Positions 50,153 to 59,840 of a DNA stretch of 64,000 nucleotides are shown here, in pieces (the first letter of the stretch is position 1; each line of letters starts with the position of its first letter). The notes under the pieces were generated by a model. It was not told the origin of the DNA. It searched no databases and saw nothing but the letters and a program-made list of their open reading frames with translations. The translations under genes were made by a program, and so were the position numbers. Source of the DNA: Deferribacterales bacterium (lineage in GTDB: Bacteria > Chrysiogenota > Deferribacteres > Deferribacterales > Geovibrionaceae); the NCBI GenBank assembly GCA_050253075.1, contig JBFWJS010000002.1, positions 384,001 through 448,000 on the forward strand, written 5' to 3'.

Positions 50153-50731
50153 TCAGGAACTTAATTCTTTGAGTGAGTTTTTGAAAAGTTCTTCGAAAGA
50201 GGCGTCAGGCTTATACACCTTATTCACGGCTTTTTGACAGTCAGCTCTGGTGTAGCCGAGGTTAAGGAGTGCGCTGACGACATCCTCCGCACCTGAGGCC
50301 GCAGGTGAATTATCATCCGCAACGCTCATGCTGCCGAATTTATCCCTGAGCTCTACAACGATGCGCTCGGCGGTCTTTTTACCTATGCCGGGTATGGTGG
50401 AGATAAGACCTATCTCGCTGTTCATAACGGCATTCATGAATTTATTAACGTCCATGCCCGAGAGTATCGCCAGAGCGAGCTTCGGACCGACCTTTGATAT
50501 AGTGATAAGCAGGAGGAATAATCTCTTCTCCTCCATCTTTGAAAATCCGTAGAGATACACGCCGTCCTCACGCATTACAAAATGGGTATAGACGTGTGCC
50601 TTATGACCTGTCTCGGGGAGATGCTGATATGTAGACGCTGAGATGCTCATTTCAAACGCTACGGCACCTGTGTCTATCACGGCGCTTGCGGGGCTTTTCT
50701 CTATGAGTGTTCCTCTGACGCTGTATATCAT
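50153..50731 (-). CDS. ruvA: Holliday junction branch migration protein RuvA
   Basis: MIYSVRG, REDGVYLYGF, VGPKLAL, IPGIGKKTAERIVVEL, ALLNLGY. Confidence 0.95.
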   Translation of the reverse strand: MIYSVRGTLIEKSPASAVIDTGAVAFEMSISASTYQHLPETGHKAHVYTHFVMREDGVYLYGFSKMEEKRLFLLLITISKVGPKLALAILSGMDVNKFMNAVMNSEIGLISTIPGIGKKTAERIVVELRDKFGSMSVADDNSPAASGAEDVVSALLNLGYTRADCQKAVNKVYKPDASFEELFKNSLKELSS

Positions 50732-50741
50732 ATCATCACCT

Positions 50742-51233
50742 TTAAAATACTGCTCTGCCGGATATGTTAAACCCGAGGCATATTCCGCATGCGAGGGCAT
50801 CTGTGGCGTCCAGAGGTACATTGCCGATCTGCTTACCCAGAAGCACCTCGACCATCTTCTTCACCTGCTGCTTATCCGCCTTTCCGTATCCTACCACGGC
50901 TTTCTTTATCTGCAGAGCGGTATATTCACGCACATCCACCTCGCCAGCCAGCAGTGTCGCTATGATAGCGCCTCTGGTCTGTCCGAGGAGCATTGCGCTC
51001 TTCACGTTTACAGAATAGAAAACATCCTCGACGGCAGCATATTTAGGCTGATACTCCTTGAGTGCCAGCCTTATCCCGTCGCATATCATCCCCAGCCTCT
51101 TCGGCAGGGGATCCTTAGAGTCTGTGCGCACCACACCGTGGGCAACGTGTTCCACCTTGCCCGGCCAAACCTGTATAATACCTATACCGGTACAGTTCAG
51201 CCCGGGGTCTACGCCCATGACTATCTCAGGCAA
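50742..51233 (-). CDS. ruvC: Holliday junction resolvase RuvC
   Basis: GVDPG, AVEDVF, LGQTRG, KKAVVGYGKADKQQV, DATDALA. Confidence 0.95.
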   Translation of the reverse strand: MPEIVMGVDPGLNCTGIGIIQVWPGKVEHVAHGVVRTDSKDPLPKRLGMICDGIRLALKEYQPKYAAVEDVFYSVNVKSAMLLGQTRGAIIATLLAGEVDVREYTALQIKKAVVGYGKADKQQVKKMVEVLLGKQIGNVPLDATDALACGICLGFNISGRAVF

Positions 51234-51986
51234 TTAATCCTCGAGCTCGGCCATAGCGGCTTCGTCAGCCTCGAAGTTAGAGAAAACTTCCTGAACATCG
51301 TCGAGGTCTTCGAGAGCATCTGTGATGTTGAAGAGCTTTCTGAGGTCTTCGCCGGAAAGAGGCGTCTTGTTCTTCGGCTTCATAGAAACTTCTGAGAAGC
51401 TCATCTCTATCCCCTTTTCTTCGATAACGCCCTTCACTGTGAAGTATTCGGACGGCTCGGTAACGACCTGGAAAACATCGCCTTCGTCGAGAACATCTTC
51501 TGCGCCCGCCTCAAGTGCAAGGTCCATAAGTGTCTCTTCGTCCACGCTCTCTTTGCTGATCTCGATGAGACCTTTATTTTCGAACATCCAAGCGACACAG
51601 CCCGGCTCGCCCATGTTTCCGCCTTTTTTGCTCATGGTGCTGCGCACTTCTGCCACTGTTCTGTTTTTATTATCTGTCAGAGCTTTAACGAGTATAGCAA
51701 CTCCGCCCGGACCGTAGCCTTCGTATACCATATCTTCGAATATAGCGTCGTTTCCTTCGCCTGTACCCTTTTTAATAGCTCTTTCTACATTGTCTTTCGG
51801 CATGTTGCATGATCTGGCTTTATCAAGTGCCACTCTGAGTCTTGGGTTCATCTCAGGGTCTGCTCCGCCTATCTTTGCTGCAACGGTAAGTTCTTTTGCG
51901 ACCTTTGTGAAAGCCTTGCCTTTTTTTGCATCCTGCGCCGCTTTACGGTGCTTAATGTTGGCCCATTTACTATGTCCAGCCATCAT
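51234..51986 (-). CDS. yebC: YebC/PmpR family protein
   Basis: MAGHSKWANIKHRK, YEGYGPGG, TDNKNRT, DLDDVQEV. Confidence 0.96.
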   Translation of the reverse strand: MMAGHSKWANIKHRKAAQDAKKGKAFTKVAKELTVAAKIGGADPEMNPRLRVALDKARSCNMPKDNVERAIKKGTGEGNDAIFEDMVYEGYGPGGVAILVKALTDNKNRTVAEVRSTMSKKGGNMGEPGCVAWMFENKGLIEISKESVDEETLMDLALEAGAEDVLDEGDVFQVVTEPSEYFTVKGVIEEKGIEMSFSEVSMKPKNKTPLSGEDLRKLFNITDALEDLDDVQEVFSNFEADEAAMAELED

Positions 51987-52073
51987 TTCCTCCAGCTCTA
52001 TATACTTAGTATGATTATTTTCGGGGTGAATCGGATGATGATTATACGAAAAAAAGGTAGAATAATCAAATAT

Positions 52074-52103
52074 AAAAAAAGGCGGGGTGGTGTTCCCCGC
52101 CTT
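52074..52103 (-). terminator. Intrinsic terminator
   Basis: AAGGCGGGG-aacacca-CCCCGCCTTTTTTT on the minus strand. Confidence 0.8.
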
Positions 52104-52111
52104 ATCAGCTT

Positions 52112-53830
52112 TTAGTTTTTCAGTTTGAAACGTGTAACCAGTTCCTCAAGCTCGGAGGCAAGATGGCTGAGCTGTTCCACAGCCTGCGCCGTCTCGTTTG
52201 AAGCGAGAGAGTTGTCCGCAGTTACCTGTGAGATGGTCTCTATGCTCTGAGCCATCATCTCTGTAGCCGTGGCCTGTTCTTCTGTCGCTCTGGCGATCAT
52301 GCCGACCTCGTTTGAAACGTTGTCCACATTCTGCTTGATGATGTCGAGAGCTTCTTTCGCCTCTTCTGCTTTTGCCTGTCCCTGCTCTACCTGCTGAACA
52401 CCCTCATGCATTCCCATAACGGCGCCGCCTGTATCAGCCTGAATGGCCTGTATCATCTCTGTGATCTCTTTCGTAGCGTTCACAGTTTTCTCAGCGAGCT
52501 TTCTAACCTCATCGGCAACAACGGCGAAACCGCGTCCGTGCTCACCCGCTCTGGCGGCCTCGATGGCAGCGTTAAGGGCGAGGAGGTTTGTCTGGTCGGC
52601 GATGTCGTCGATAACCTGTATGATCTGTCCGATCTGCTCGGATGATTCGCCGAGCTTACGCACGGTTACCGCAGATTCAGAGACAGTATCGGCTATCTTC
52701 TCCATCATGTTTCTTGTCTCTTCCACAAGGTGGTGTCCTCTGTCCACTGAGTCGCTCGCCTCTTCGGCACTGTTGGAAACGTTCGCCGCATTCTGTGCGA
52801 CCTCTACGACGGTAGAGTTAACTTCCTCAACAGCGGAAGCAGTGCTGGCAACCTGCTCTGATTGATCATGAGCACCTCTTGCTATCGTCTCTGCATTGCT
52901 CGAAAGCTCTGCAGATGTAGAAGCGAGTGATGCGATGGAGTCGACAACAACGCTCATTGCGTCGTTAACGTCGTTCACCATCTTATTCAGTGATCTGGCG
53001 AGGTCGCTCACCTCGTCGGCATTAGTAGCCTCCACCTGCACGCTGAAGTCACCGTTGGCAACTTTCTGCAGGGCAGCCCCCATAGCCGTAAGCCTTTTGA
53101 ATATCAGCTTTTTGTTTATCACCACCAACACCACAAGAATCATTATGGTGATAGGTATGAATATCATTGCCGATACAAAAAGGTTTTTATAAATAGCCGC
53201 ATAGATAGGTCCTGTCGGCAGGAATATCTCGAAAGCTCCGTGAAGCTCTCCCGCACGCCAGTTCTCCATCTTTACGCCGGTAGGGTCGAGTCCTTCATCG
53301 TTCCCCCACAGCTCTTTGGAGTTCGCAGGGTCACCGTGGCAGGTTTCGCACATTTCAGCAAGGCGCACAGATTTATAATATCTGAGCTGTTTACCTTTTT
53401 TGTCATGCAGTACATATTCGGGAGTGGTCTTCCCGCCTTTATCGAGCTTTTTAAGCTCTGCAAGTGCGACAAGGTCAACTTCGTCCGGTACGTTTTTCGG
53501 GTTACGCGGAGAGATCTTCGGCACTTTAAATTTAAGTCCGGCCTCTTCCGATTTCAGCTCCATAACTTTCATAGTGCCCACGATAGGCACGGTCAGCAGG
53601 AGCTTTCCCAGGTCGTCTTTAGTGTTTTCCACATCATAGATACCCTGCTCCATCGCTATTGCCATATACTCGCGTACGCCTTCAGCAGCCAAAACAAAAC
53701 TTCTGGCTCTGGCAATTTCTTCGTCTATGTAGTTAGTCTTCATCTGGAAGAAATTTACAGTAAAGAGTACACCCATACCAAACAACACAGTCACAGCCAC
53801 AAATAGCGTGATCTTGACATTAAGTTTCAT
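52112..53830 (-). CDS. Methyl-accepting chemotaxis protein with a heme c sensor domain (DUF3365/Tll0287-like)
   Basis: [22 protein letters not shown] in the periplasmic domain; HAMP; MCP signature. Confidence 0.93.
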   Translation of the reverse strand: MKLNVKITLFVAVTVLFGMGVLFTVNFFQMKTNYIDEEIARARSFVLAAEGVREYMAIAMEQGIYDVENTKDDLGKLLLTVPIVGTMKVMELKSEEAGLKFKVPKISPRNPKNVPDEVDLVALAELKKLDKGGKTTPEYVLHDKKGKQLRYYKSVRLAEMCETCHGDPANSKELWGNDEGLDPTGVKMENWRAGELHGAFEIFLPTGPIYAAIYKNLFVSAMIFIPITIMILVVLVVINKKLIFKRLTAMGAALQKVANGDFSVQVEATNADEVSDLARSLNKMVNDVNDAMSVVVDSIASLASTSAELSSNAETIARGAHDQSEQVASTASAVEEVNSTVVEVAQNAANVSNSAEEASDSVDRGHHLVEETRNMMEKIADTVSESAVTVRKLGESSEQIGQIIQVIDDIADQTNLLALNAAIEAARAGEHGRGFAVVADEVRKLAEKTVNATKEITEMIQAIQADTGGAVMGMHEGVQQVEQGQAKAEEAKEALDIIKQNVDNVSNEVGMIARATEEQATATEMMAQSIETISQVTADNSLASNETAQAVEQLSHLASELEELVTRFKLKN

Positions 53831-53899
53831 CTCTTCTCCCTAATTTAAGCAAAACCTTAATAACACATACTATATAAAATCGTCAAAAGGGCAATATTA

Positions 53900-55459
53900 T
53901 TAAATTCCTTCTTCAGATTTCATTATATTTCGTGATTCTTTTCTCAGGACATATTTGTTCAGAGCATCGAGATATGCCTTTGCGCTGGCAACGACTATAT
54001 CCGTGTCTGAGCCTTTACCTCTGACGTCGTATCCGCATTCGTCAAATTCGGCAGCGAGGGTAACATCGCCCTGAGCATCTTTACCTGCTGTGAGAGCTTT
54101 GATGTTGTAGCTTTTCAGTCTGCCGCCTATGCCTGCTATACGCTCGATAGCTTTCATAACGGCATCGACAGGGCCGTCGCCTGTAGAAGCATCGACAGAC
54201 TCAACACCGTCCTTATCAGCCAGTTTTATAGTGGCTGTAGGGATGGCTGTGTCGCCGCTGAGTATATTCACTGTTTTCAGAGTATATGCTGCCTCTGTGT
54301 CTTTCGACTGGTTCAGAATGATGGCTTCGATATCTTCGTCAAATACCTCTTTCTTCTTATCAGCGAGCACTTTAAACTCTTCGAATGCAGCCTGCATAGC
54401 ATCATTGTCGATCTCGAATCCGAGGTCTTTTATACGCTGTACGAAAGCATGACGGCCGGAGTGTTTTCCCAGCACAAGGCTTGTGGAAGGATAACCAACG
54501 CTTTCAGGTGTCATGATCTCGTAGGTTGTTCTGTTTTTCAGCATACCGTCCTGATGGATGCCCGCCTCGTGAGCGAATGCATTCTTTCCGACGATAGCTT
54601 TGTTAGGCTGTACGCCCACGCCTGTTATGCTTGTGAGCATCTTGCTTGCTCTGTATATTTCATTTGTTTTAACGCCTATCTCTACGTCGTTGAAAAGGTC
54701 TTTACGGACATTCAGCCCCATCACTACCTCTTCGAGTGAACAGTTACCCGCACGCTCGCCGATACCGTTGATTGTACACTCGACCTGTCCCGCACCGGCA
54801 TTAACAGCCATCAGCGAGTTCGCAACAGCCAGACCGAGGTCGTTGTGGCAGTGTACGCTTATGCGTGCTTTGTCCACGTTCGGAACTCTGTTCAGGATGG
54901 CAGAGATGACCTTATCAATCTCGAAAGGCATAGTGTAGCCCACTGTGTCGGGCAGGTTAACGGTGCTTGCGCCCGCTGCGATAACAGCCTCGACAACCTG
55001 ACACAGGTAGTCCACGTCGCTTCTCAGTGCGTCTTCTGCGCTGAATTCAACATCCTCGCAAAGGTTACGTGCAAATTTAACAGCGCTCACTGCTATTTCC
55101 AGAGCTTCTTCTCTGGATTTTTTCAGTTTGTGCTGCAGGTGGATGTCGCTTGTAGCGATAAATGTGTGGATTCTGGGGCGAACTGCATGTTTCAGGGCAT
55201 CCCAGCCCACTGATATATCTTTTTCATTAGCACGGCAGAGTCCCGCCACGCCTGCATTCTTTATAGTTTTGGCAACTTTTGTAACAGCATCGAAGTCCCC
55301 CGGTGAAGAGATAGGGAAGCCAGCCTCCATAACATCTACACCAAGTCTCTCAAGCTGCAGAGCCAATTGGATTTTTTCATCTGTGTTCATTGAAAAGCCG
55401 GGAGCCTGCTCACCGTCTCTTAAGGTTGTGTCGAAAATGATTACTTTTCTCTTGGACAT
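53900..55459 (-). CDS. leuA: 2-isopropylmalate synthase
   Basis: FDTTLRDGEQAPG, HCHNDLGLAVAN, NGIGERAGN, HEAGIHQDG, GDGPVDA regulatory domain. Confidence 0.96.
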   Translation of the reverse strand: MSKRKVIIFDTTLRDGEQAPGFSMNTDEKIQLALQLERLGVDVMEAGFPISSPGDFDAVTKVAKTIKNAGVAGLCRANEKDISVGWDALKHAVRPRIHTFIATSDIHLQHKLKKSREEALEIAVSAVKFARNLCEDVEFSAEDALRSDVDYLCQVVEAVIAAGASTVNLPDTVGYTMPFEIDKVISAILNRVPNVDKARISVHCHNDLGLAVANSLMAVNAGAGQVECTINGIGERAGNCSLEEVVMGLNVRKDLFNDVEIGVKTNEIYRASKMLTSITGVGVQPNKAIVGKNAFAHEAGIHQDGMLKNRTTYEIMTPESVGYPSTSLVLGKHSGRHAFVQRIKDLGFEIDNDAMQAAFEEFKVLADKKKEVFDEDIEAIILNQSKDTEAAYTLKTVNILSGDTAIPTATIKLADKDGVESVDASTGDGPVDAVMKAIERIAGIGGRLKSYNIKALTAGKDAQGDVTLAAEFDECGYDVRGKGSDTDIVVASAKAYLDALNKYVLRKESRNIMKSEEGI

Positions 55460-55526
55460 TTGATTCCTCCGTCAATTTGCATTTTAGCAATTCTTTTAAT
55501 TTTTTTCCTTAACTTTTTTAGCCTTT

Positions 55527-55556
55527 CTATAACTTTTTTAGCTCACCTAGCATCAT
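55527..55556 (-). other. Candidate leuA leader peptide MMLGELKKL
   Basis: CAGGAGG RBS then ATG ATG CTA GGT GAG CTA AAA AAG TTA TAG; 3 of 9 codons are Leu. Confidence 0.5.
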
Positions 55557-55668
55557 CGTAACCTCCTGTGTATCTTTATGTTTTTATTCTGCACCTATGT
55601 AAAGATTGTAAAGACGAGTGTACAACTGCTTAAATTCAGTTTTCTTAATCTTTACGCCTTTTACCCAC

Positions 55669-55706
55669 AAAAAAAGGCCCCAACCCTAATAAAGGGCTGA
55701 GGCCTT
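55669..55706 (-). terminator. Intrinsic terminator after pssA
   Basis: AAGGCCTCAGCCC..GGGTTGGGGCCTTTTTTT on the minus strand. Confidence 0.75.
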
Positions 55707-55746
55707 GCTGTGCTTAATTATAGCTGTTTCTGCAACAGTTTATAAC

Positions 55747-56496
55747 TTATTCACCTGTATCGGCAACCTCAACATCCCTCTTAGGGTGCTTTAAACGGAC
55801 GTAAGCTAGGTATAGCAGACCGCTTAGCGCATAACCTGTGGATAGGAGAAATAGGAATAGTTCCGGGTACAGACCGAGTACAAATATAACAAGTACGAAA
55901 ATTACAAGTACATTGTAAGACTTTTGCTGAATACATGTCTTACAGCTGTAATATCTTATATTGCTCACCATCAAGAAGGCGAGAATGTAGATTGTAAAAG
56001 TAAACCAGATAGGTACTGTCATGTCGTTGGGGTCGCCTATGAACTCCTTAGCAAAGAGCACACTTGTAGCGACAACACCGGCAGCAGCAGGTATAGGCAG
56101 ACCGACGAAGAATCTTGGGTCGATCTTCTTGGTCTGTACATTAAAACGGGCAAGCCTCAGTGCACCGCAAGCCACAAACAGGAAAGCAGCCATCCAGCCT
56201 AAACGGCCGTAAGGAGCAAGAGCCCATTTGTAAACAAGCACCGCAGGGGCGACTCCGAAAGAAACCAAGTCGGACAGCGAGTCCAGCTGTATACCAAAAT
56301 CACTGGTAGCATTTAACATTCTGGCGAGTTTACCGTCCAGACCGTCAAAAACGAAGGCAACAAGAGTAGCACTGGCAGCCATAACGTAATTACCGTTTAT
56401 GGTGGCAATGATAGAGTAGAACCCGCAGAACAATCCTAAGATCGTTACAAGGTTCGGCACAACGTAATTTTTGTTGTTAGATACTTCCGTTTTCAA
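55747..56496 (-). CDS. pssA: CDP-diacylglycerol--serine O-phosphatidyltransferase
   Basis: PNLVT, DGLDGKLAR..FGIQLDSLSDLVSFGVAPA, LRLARFN, FVGLPIP. Confidence 0.95.
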   Translation of the reverse strand: MKTEVSNNKNYVVPNLVTILGLFCGFYSIIATINGNYVMAASATLVAFVFDGLDGKLARMLNATSDFGIQLDSLSDLVSFGVAPAVLVYKWALAPYGRLGWMAAFLFVACGALRLARFNVQTKKIDPRFFVGLPIPAAAGVVATSVLFAKEFIGDPNDMTVPIWFTFTIYILAFLMVSNIRYYSCKTCIQQKSYNVLVIFVLVIFVLGLYPELFLFLLSTGYALSGLLYLAYVRLKHPKRDVEVADTGE

Positions 56497-57118
56497 TCTT
56501 TTCGCCTACGTATTTTCCTAATACTGTTTCACCAGCTTTGACAATATCCCCATTTTTAACAGATATGTCAAATCCTTTCGGCACGAATACCTCAAGTCTT
56601 GAGGAGAATTTTATCATGCCGAAACGCTCGCCTATGGGCAGTTCGTCTCCGACCTCGGCGTTACACACAGTACGTCTGGCTATTAGCCCTGCGACCTGCT
56701 TAACCGTAACTTCGCCGTATGAAGACTCTATATCAATGATATTCTGTTCATTTTCATATGATGCTTCCGGTTTATCCGCAGCGAGGAACTTTCCCGCTTT
56801 ATGGGTGACAGATTTTATCTTTCCCGCTATCGGCATCCTGTTCACATGCACGTTAAAGACATTCATGAAGATGCTAATCTTTGTAACGGTGCGGCCTTCG
56901 TGCTCAGTTTCAAAAACCTCGACAACCCTGCCGTCGGCAGGTGAAACCATTATGTCGCTGAATGGAGGGATGCTCCTTTCAGGGTCTCTGAAAAACCACA
57001 GACAGAAGACTCCGAAAACGAGAGAAAGAAATATGAGAAACTTAACAGGGAATATTATCAGTATGACAAATACCGCTAACGCCCCGAAGACAAAGGGAAA
57101 ACCTTCTTTTGCTATCAA
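56477..57118 (-). CDS. psd: Phosphatidylserine decarboxylase proenzyme
   Basis: FFRDPER, SPADGRV, IFMNVFNVHVNR, QVAGLIARR. Cleavage site reads KFSSR rather than the usual FGSR. TTG start after GAGGTG. Confidence 0.92.
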   Translation of the reverse strand: MIAKEGFPFVFGALAVFVILIIFPVKFLIFLSLVFGVFCLWFFRDPERSIPPFSDIMVSPADGRVVEVFETEHEGRTVTKISIFMNVFNVHVNRMPIAGKIKSVTHKAGKFLAADKPEASYENEQNIIDIESSYGEVTVKQVAGLIARRTVCNAEVGDELPIGERFGMIKFSSRLEVFVPKGFDISVKNGDIVKAGETVLGKYVGEKIENGSI

Positions 57119-57259
57119 ATCAGTCACCTCTGGATATATTCTTCGTACAATACATGTAATAGTTAACCTTTTCAAGAGATATTACACTTTGAACAATTGC
57201 TATTTAAGATAAAAAATGTTATGATAGCAGTTCATCATCAAATTATTAAGGAGTAACCC

Positions 57260-57883
57260 ATGATAGAGACGATAAAATGGGAAGGGACCAAAAGAAAACC
57301 CATGACACAAGGCGAAATGAAAGCTATGCGTAAAAGCGGGCTCGTACCTGCTATCATCAGCCGCAGAGGCGAAGAAAGCGTAGAAGTTTTTCTTAATGCC
57401 ATGGATATAGAGAAGAGACCTTTCGGTAACTTCAGAATAGAGCTCAAAGTTAAAGGTATCGGCGAGCCATTCGACTGTTTCCTTAAAACACTCCAGTACA
57501 GCTATAATAGAACAAGCGTTGTACACGCTGATCTTCAGGGTCTCGTTGTCGGTCAGGAACTCGACATCGACATCGCTATCGAGCTCATCGGCGATGCACC
57601 AGGCGTTAAAGAAGGCGGTATCCTTAACACAGGCGTAACAAGCCTTAAGATCCGTACTCTTCCTAAAAACATGCCAAGCAGCATTCAGGTAGATATATCT
57701 AAGCTCAAAATAGGCGAGTCCATCAACGTTACAGACATCAAACTTGCTGATGTACACACACTGATTGACCCTACTGAGGGCAACATTGTAAGCATTGCAG
57801 AGCCTAGAGGCACTTCTGATGATGCTGATACAGACACAGAGATGACAGAACCGGAGATCATCTCTGAAAAATCTGACGATTAA
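57260..57883 (+). CDS. rplY: 50S ribosomal protein L25/general stress protein Ctc
   Basis: RKSGLVPAII, HADL, GDAPGVKEGG, IQVDISKLKIGESI, acidic tail with EPEII. Confidence 0.88.
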   Translation: MIETIKWEGTKRKPMTQGEMKAMRKSGLVPAIISRRGEESVEVFLNAMDIEKRPFGNFRIELKVKGIGEPFDCFLKTLQYSYNRTSVVHADLQGLVVGQELDIDIAIELIGDAPGVKEGGILNTGVTSLKIRTLPKNMPSSIQVDISKLKIGESINVTDIKLADVHTLIDPTEGNIVSIAEPRGTSDDADTDTEMTEPEIISEKSDD

Positions 57884-57974
57884 CAGGCTGGCAGCCTGAG
57901 GCGAAACACTAAGCTGTGAACGCATAACACGTTCCACTTTTATGCGCCTCATTACATTAGGCTAATATAACTAC

Positions 57975-58007
57975 AAAGCGGAAGCAGAGATGTTTCCGCT
58001 TTTTTTA
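57975..58007 (+). terminator. Intrinsic terminator after rplY
   Basis: AAAGCGGAAGCA-gaga-TGTTTCCGCTTTTTTT. Confidence 0.8.
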
Positions 58008-58196
58008 TGCGAATTCAGCTGGCTTGTGGGCAAAATACAAAACGATATAATTTGAGAATGAGTCATAAAAGTGCATATGTGGTATTTAGAAACAAGTGAT
58101 ATGAGGCGGCTTTTGATAAAATTTACTGAGCACATATAGAGTATTTGATGCAAATCTTATTAAAAATAACGAAGTAGCGCGAAGTTTATAAATGGC

Positions 58197-58228
58197 AAAA
58201 AAAAGGGGGAGCAAATGCTCCCCTTTTT
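58197..58228 (-). terminator. Intrinsic terminator after the cytochrome gene
   Basis: AAAAAGGGGAGCA-tt-TGCTCCCCCTTTTTTTT on the minus strand. Confidence 0.8.
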
Positions 58229-58251
58229 ATATTACTAAAGCTAAACTAAGC

Positions 58252-59763
58252 TTACTTGTGACAAGTGTTACAAGATGTCTTAGCTTTTTGCTCTTTATGA
58301 CATTTGATGCAGAATTCCTTGTGGAAGACGTTGTTTGTACCGCTTACTTCCGCAGGAACTTCGATCTTAAGTGTGCTGTCGCCTGCTTCTGTGTGGCAGC
58401 TAACGCACTCAAGTCTTTCTGCGTGAACTTTGTGCTCGAAATGAACAGCTGATTTTTTACCGTTAGGAGCGTAACGCTCACCAAGGTTGATAACTTCAGC
58501 GCCTTCAAGCATAGACATAAGCTCTTCAGAGTTTACAGGACCTGCAGGCTCTGCAGCAGCTTCTTCGTGTGAAGCTTCTTCAGCGTGAGCAGCAGGAGCA
58601 GCGTGGTGCTCTTCCTCAACTTCAACAGGCTCTATGTAGTTGTCGAAAGCATCTTTAAGCTCTGCAATCTTCTCAAACATAGCGTCGAAGTATTCAGGGT
58701 TGTGGATTCCTGCGGAACCGTCTTTCTCAATAACTCTTACTATGTAGATGATCTGATTAGCTATCTCGAGCTTGCCGTGGGAAGCGCCGTGACGTGCCTC
58801 CATCATAGCATCGCGAAGTTCCTGAGCTGCAGGAAGCTTCTCGTTGAATGCTTTCTGTGTGTCAGCCATGATATCTGCGTATGACGCATCGTGGCATGTA
58901 GCACATTTATCTGAATTAGGTCTTATAAAAGCAGACTCGTGACAGTCGGAACAGCTGAGATCAGCCATATACCAAGCATCGCCTTCTACGCCTTTAACAT
59001 AAGTACCTTGCTGGATTCCTTTTTGACTAACGTGGCATGCTGCACAGTCGTCGTTCGCAGGAACTGCAACTGTCTCACGAACTTCATCGTGGCATGCAAA
59101 GCATGTTTCCATTTCAGGCTGATGGAATCTCTCGCCGCCGTGGCCAATGCCAAGGTGACAGTTCATGCAGGAAAGACCTGCATCAATGTGTGCCTGGTGG
59201 TTAGGTTCAACACCTGCACTGACGCCTTCTGTGAAAACATCGTTACGGCCGAACTCTTTTCTATAGGCAGGCATTACAACCTCGTCCATATGTCTGAATT
59301 CGCCGGCAACTTTGATTATTCTGTTTCTGCGCATCTCTGCGTTTGCTGCATCAGAGTGGCAGAATGCGCAGGCTTCCATAGATGAAGCGTGCTCTGCACC
59401 CTCTACCGTAGTAGCAAAGTGTGTAAGATGCTCTATAACTTCGTCTTCCGGAGTGAGGATCTCATGATACATGCTTCTCATACCGGCCACAACGTGAGCA
59501 TTAAGGTAACCTTTTATACCAGGTGCGCCGTGACAATCAAGACAGCTTACACCAGCTTCGCTGTGTACTCCAATTCTGTAAGTGTAGTATTCGCCTCTGA
59601 CGGCAACTTCTTCTTTTGGGTGACATGTTTTACAGAACTTTGCAGTAGATGTCATGTGCATAGACTGAACTGCTGTAAAACCGCCGCCGACTATTATTAT
59701 AGCGATGATGATAGTAAAGATGAGTGGGTCTTTAGCGCTGAATTCTTTAATTTTTTGCCACAT
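58252..59763 (-). CDS. Membrane-anchored multiheme cytochrome c (NapC/NirT-like N-terminus, 11 CxxCH motifs)
   Basis: N-terminal TM; TSTAKFCKTCH, VSCLDCH; 8 CxxCH motifs, then an acidic His/Ala linker, then a 3-CxxCH C-terminal domain. Confidence 0.9.
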   Translation of the reverse strand: MWQKIKEFSAKDPLIFTIIIAIIIVGGGFTAVQSMHMTSTAKFCKTCHPKEEVAVRGEYYTYRIGVHSEAGVSCLDCHGAPGIKGYLNAHVVAGMRSMYHEILTPEDEVIEHLTHFATTVEGAEHASSMEACAFCHSDAANAEMRRNRIIKVAGEFRHMDEVVMPAYRKEFGRNDVFTEGVSAGVEPNHQAHIDAGLSCMNCHLGIGHGGERFHQPEMETCFACHDEVRETVAVPANDDCAACHVSQKGIQQGTYVKGVEGDAWYMADLSCSDCHESAFIRPNSDKCATCHDASYADIMADTQKAFNEKLPAAQELRDAMMEARHGASHGKLEIANQIIYIVRVIEKDGSAGIHNPEYFDAMFEKIAELKDAFDNYIEPVEVEEEHHAAPAAHAEEASHEEAAAEPAGPVNSEELMSMLEGAEVINLGERYAPNGKKSAVHFEHKVHAERLECVSCHTEAGDSTLKIEVPAEVSGTNNVFHKEFCIKCHKEQKAKTSCNTCHK

Positions 59764-59789
59764 ACCAGCCCCCTAAGTAACTTGGATGG

Positions 59790-59820
59790 AAAAAAGGCGG
59801 ATTTTGCAACCCGCCTTTGT
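59790..59820 (-). terminator. Terminator-like hairpin between atpE and the cytochrome gene
   Basis: AAAGGCGGGTTG-c-AAAATCCGCCTTTTTT on the minus strand. Confidence 0.65.
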
Positions 59821-59840
59821 TTGTTTTTTTGTCGTTATAA

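Noticed and set aside
53877..53902. Possible sigma-28 promoter (TAAT-N14-GACGATTT) for the heme MCP
   Set aside because: The match is too weak in AT-rich DNA to support as a feature.
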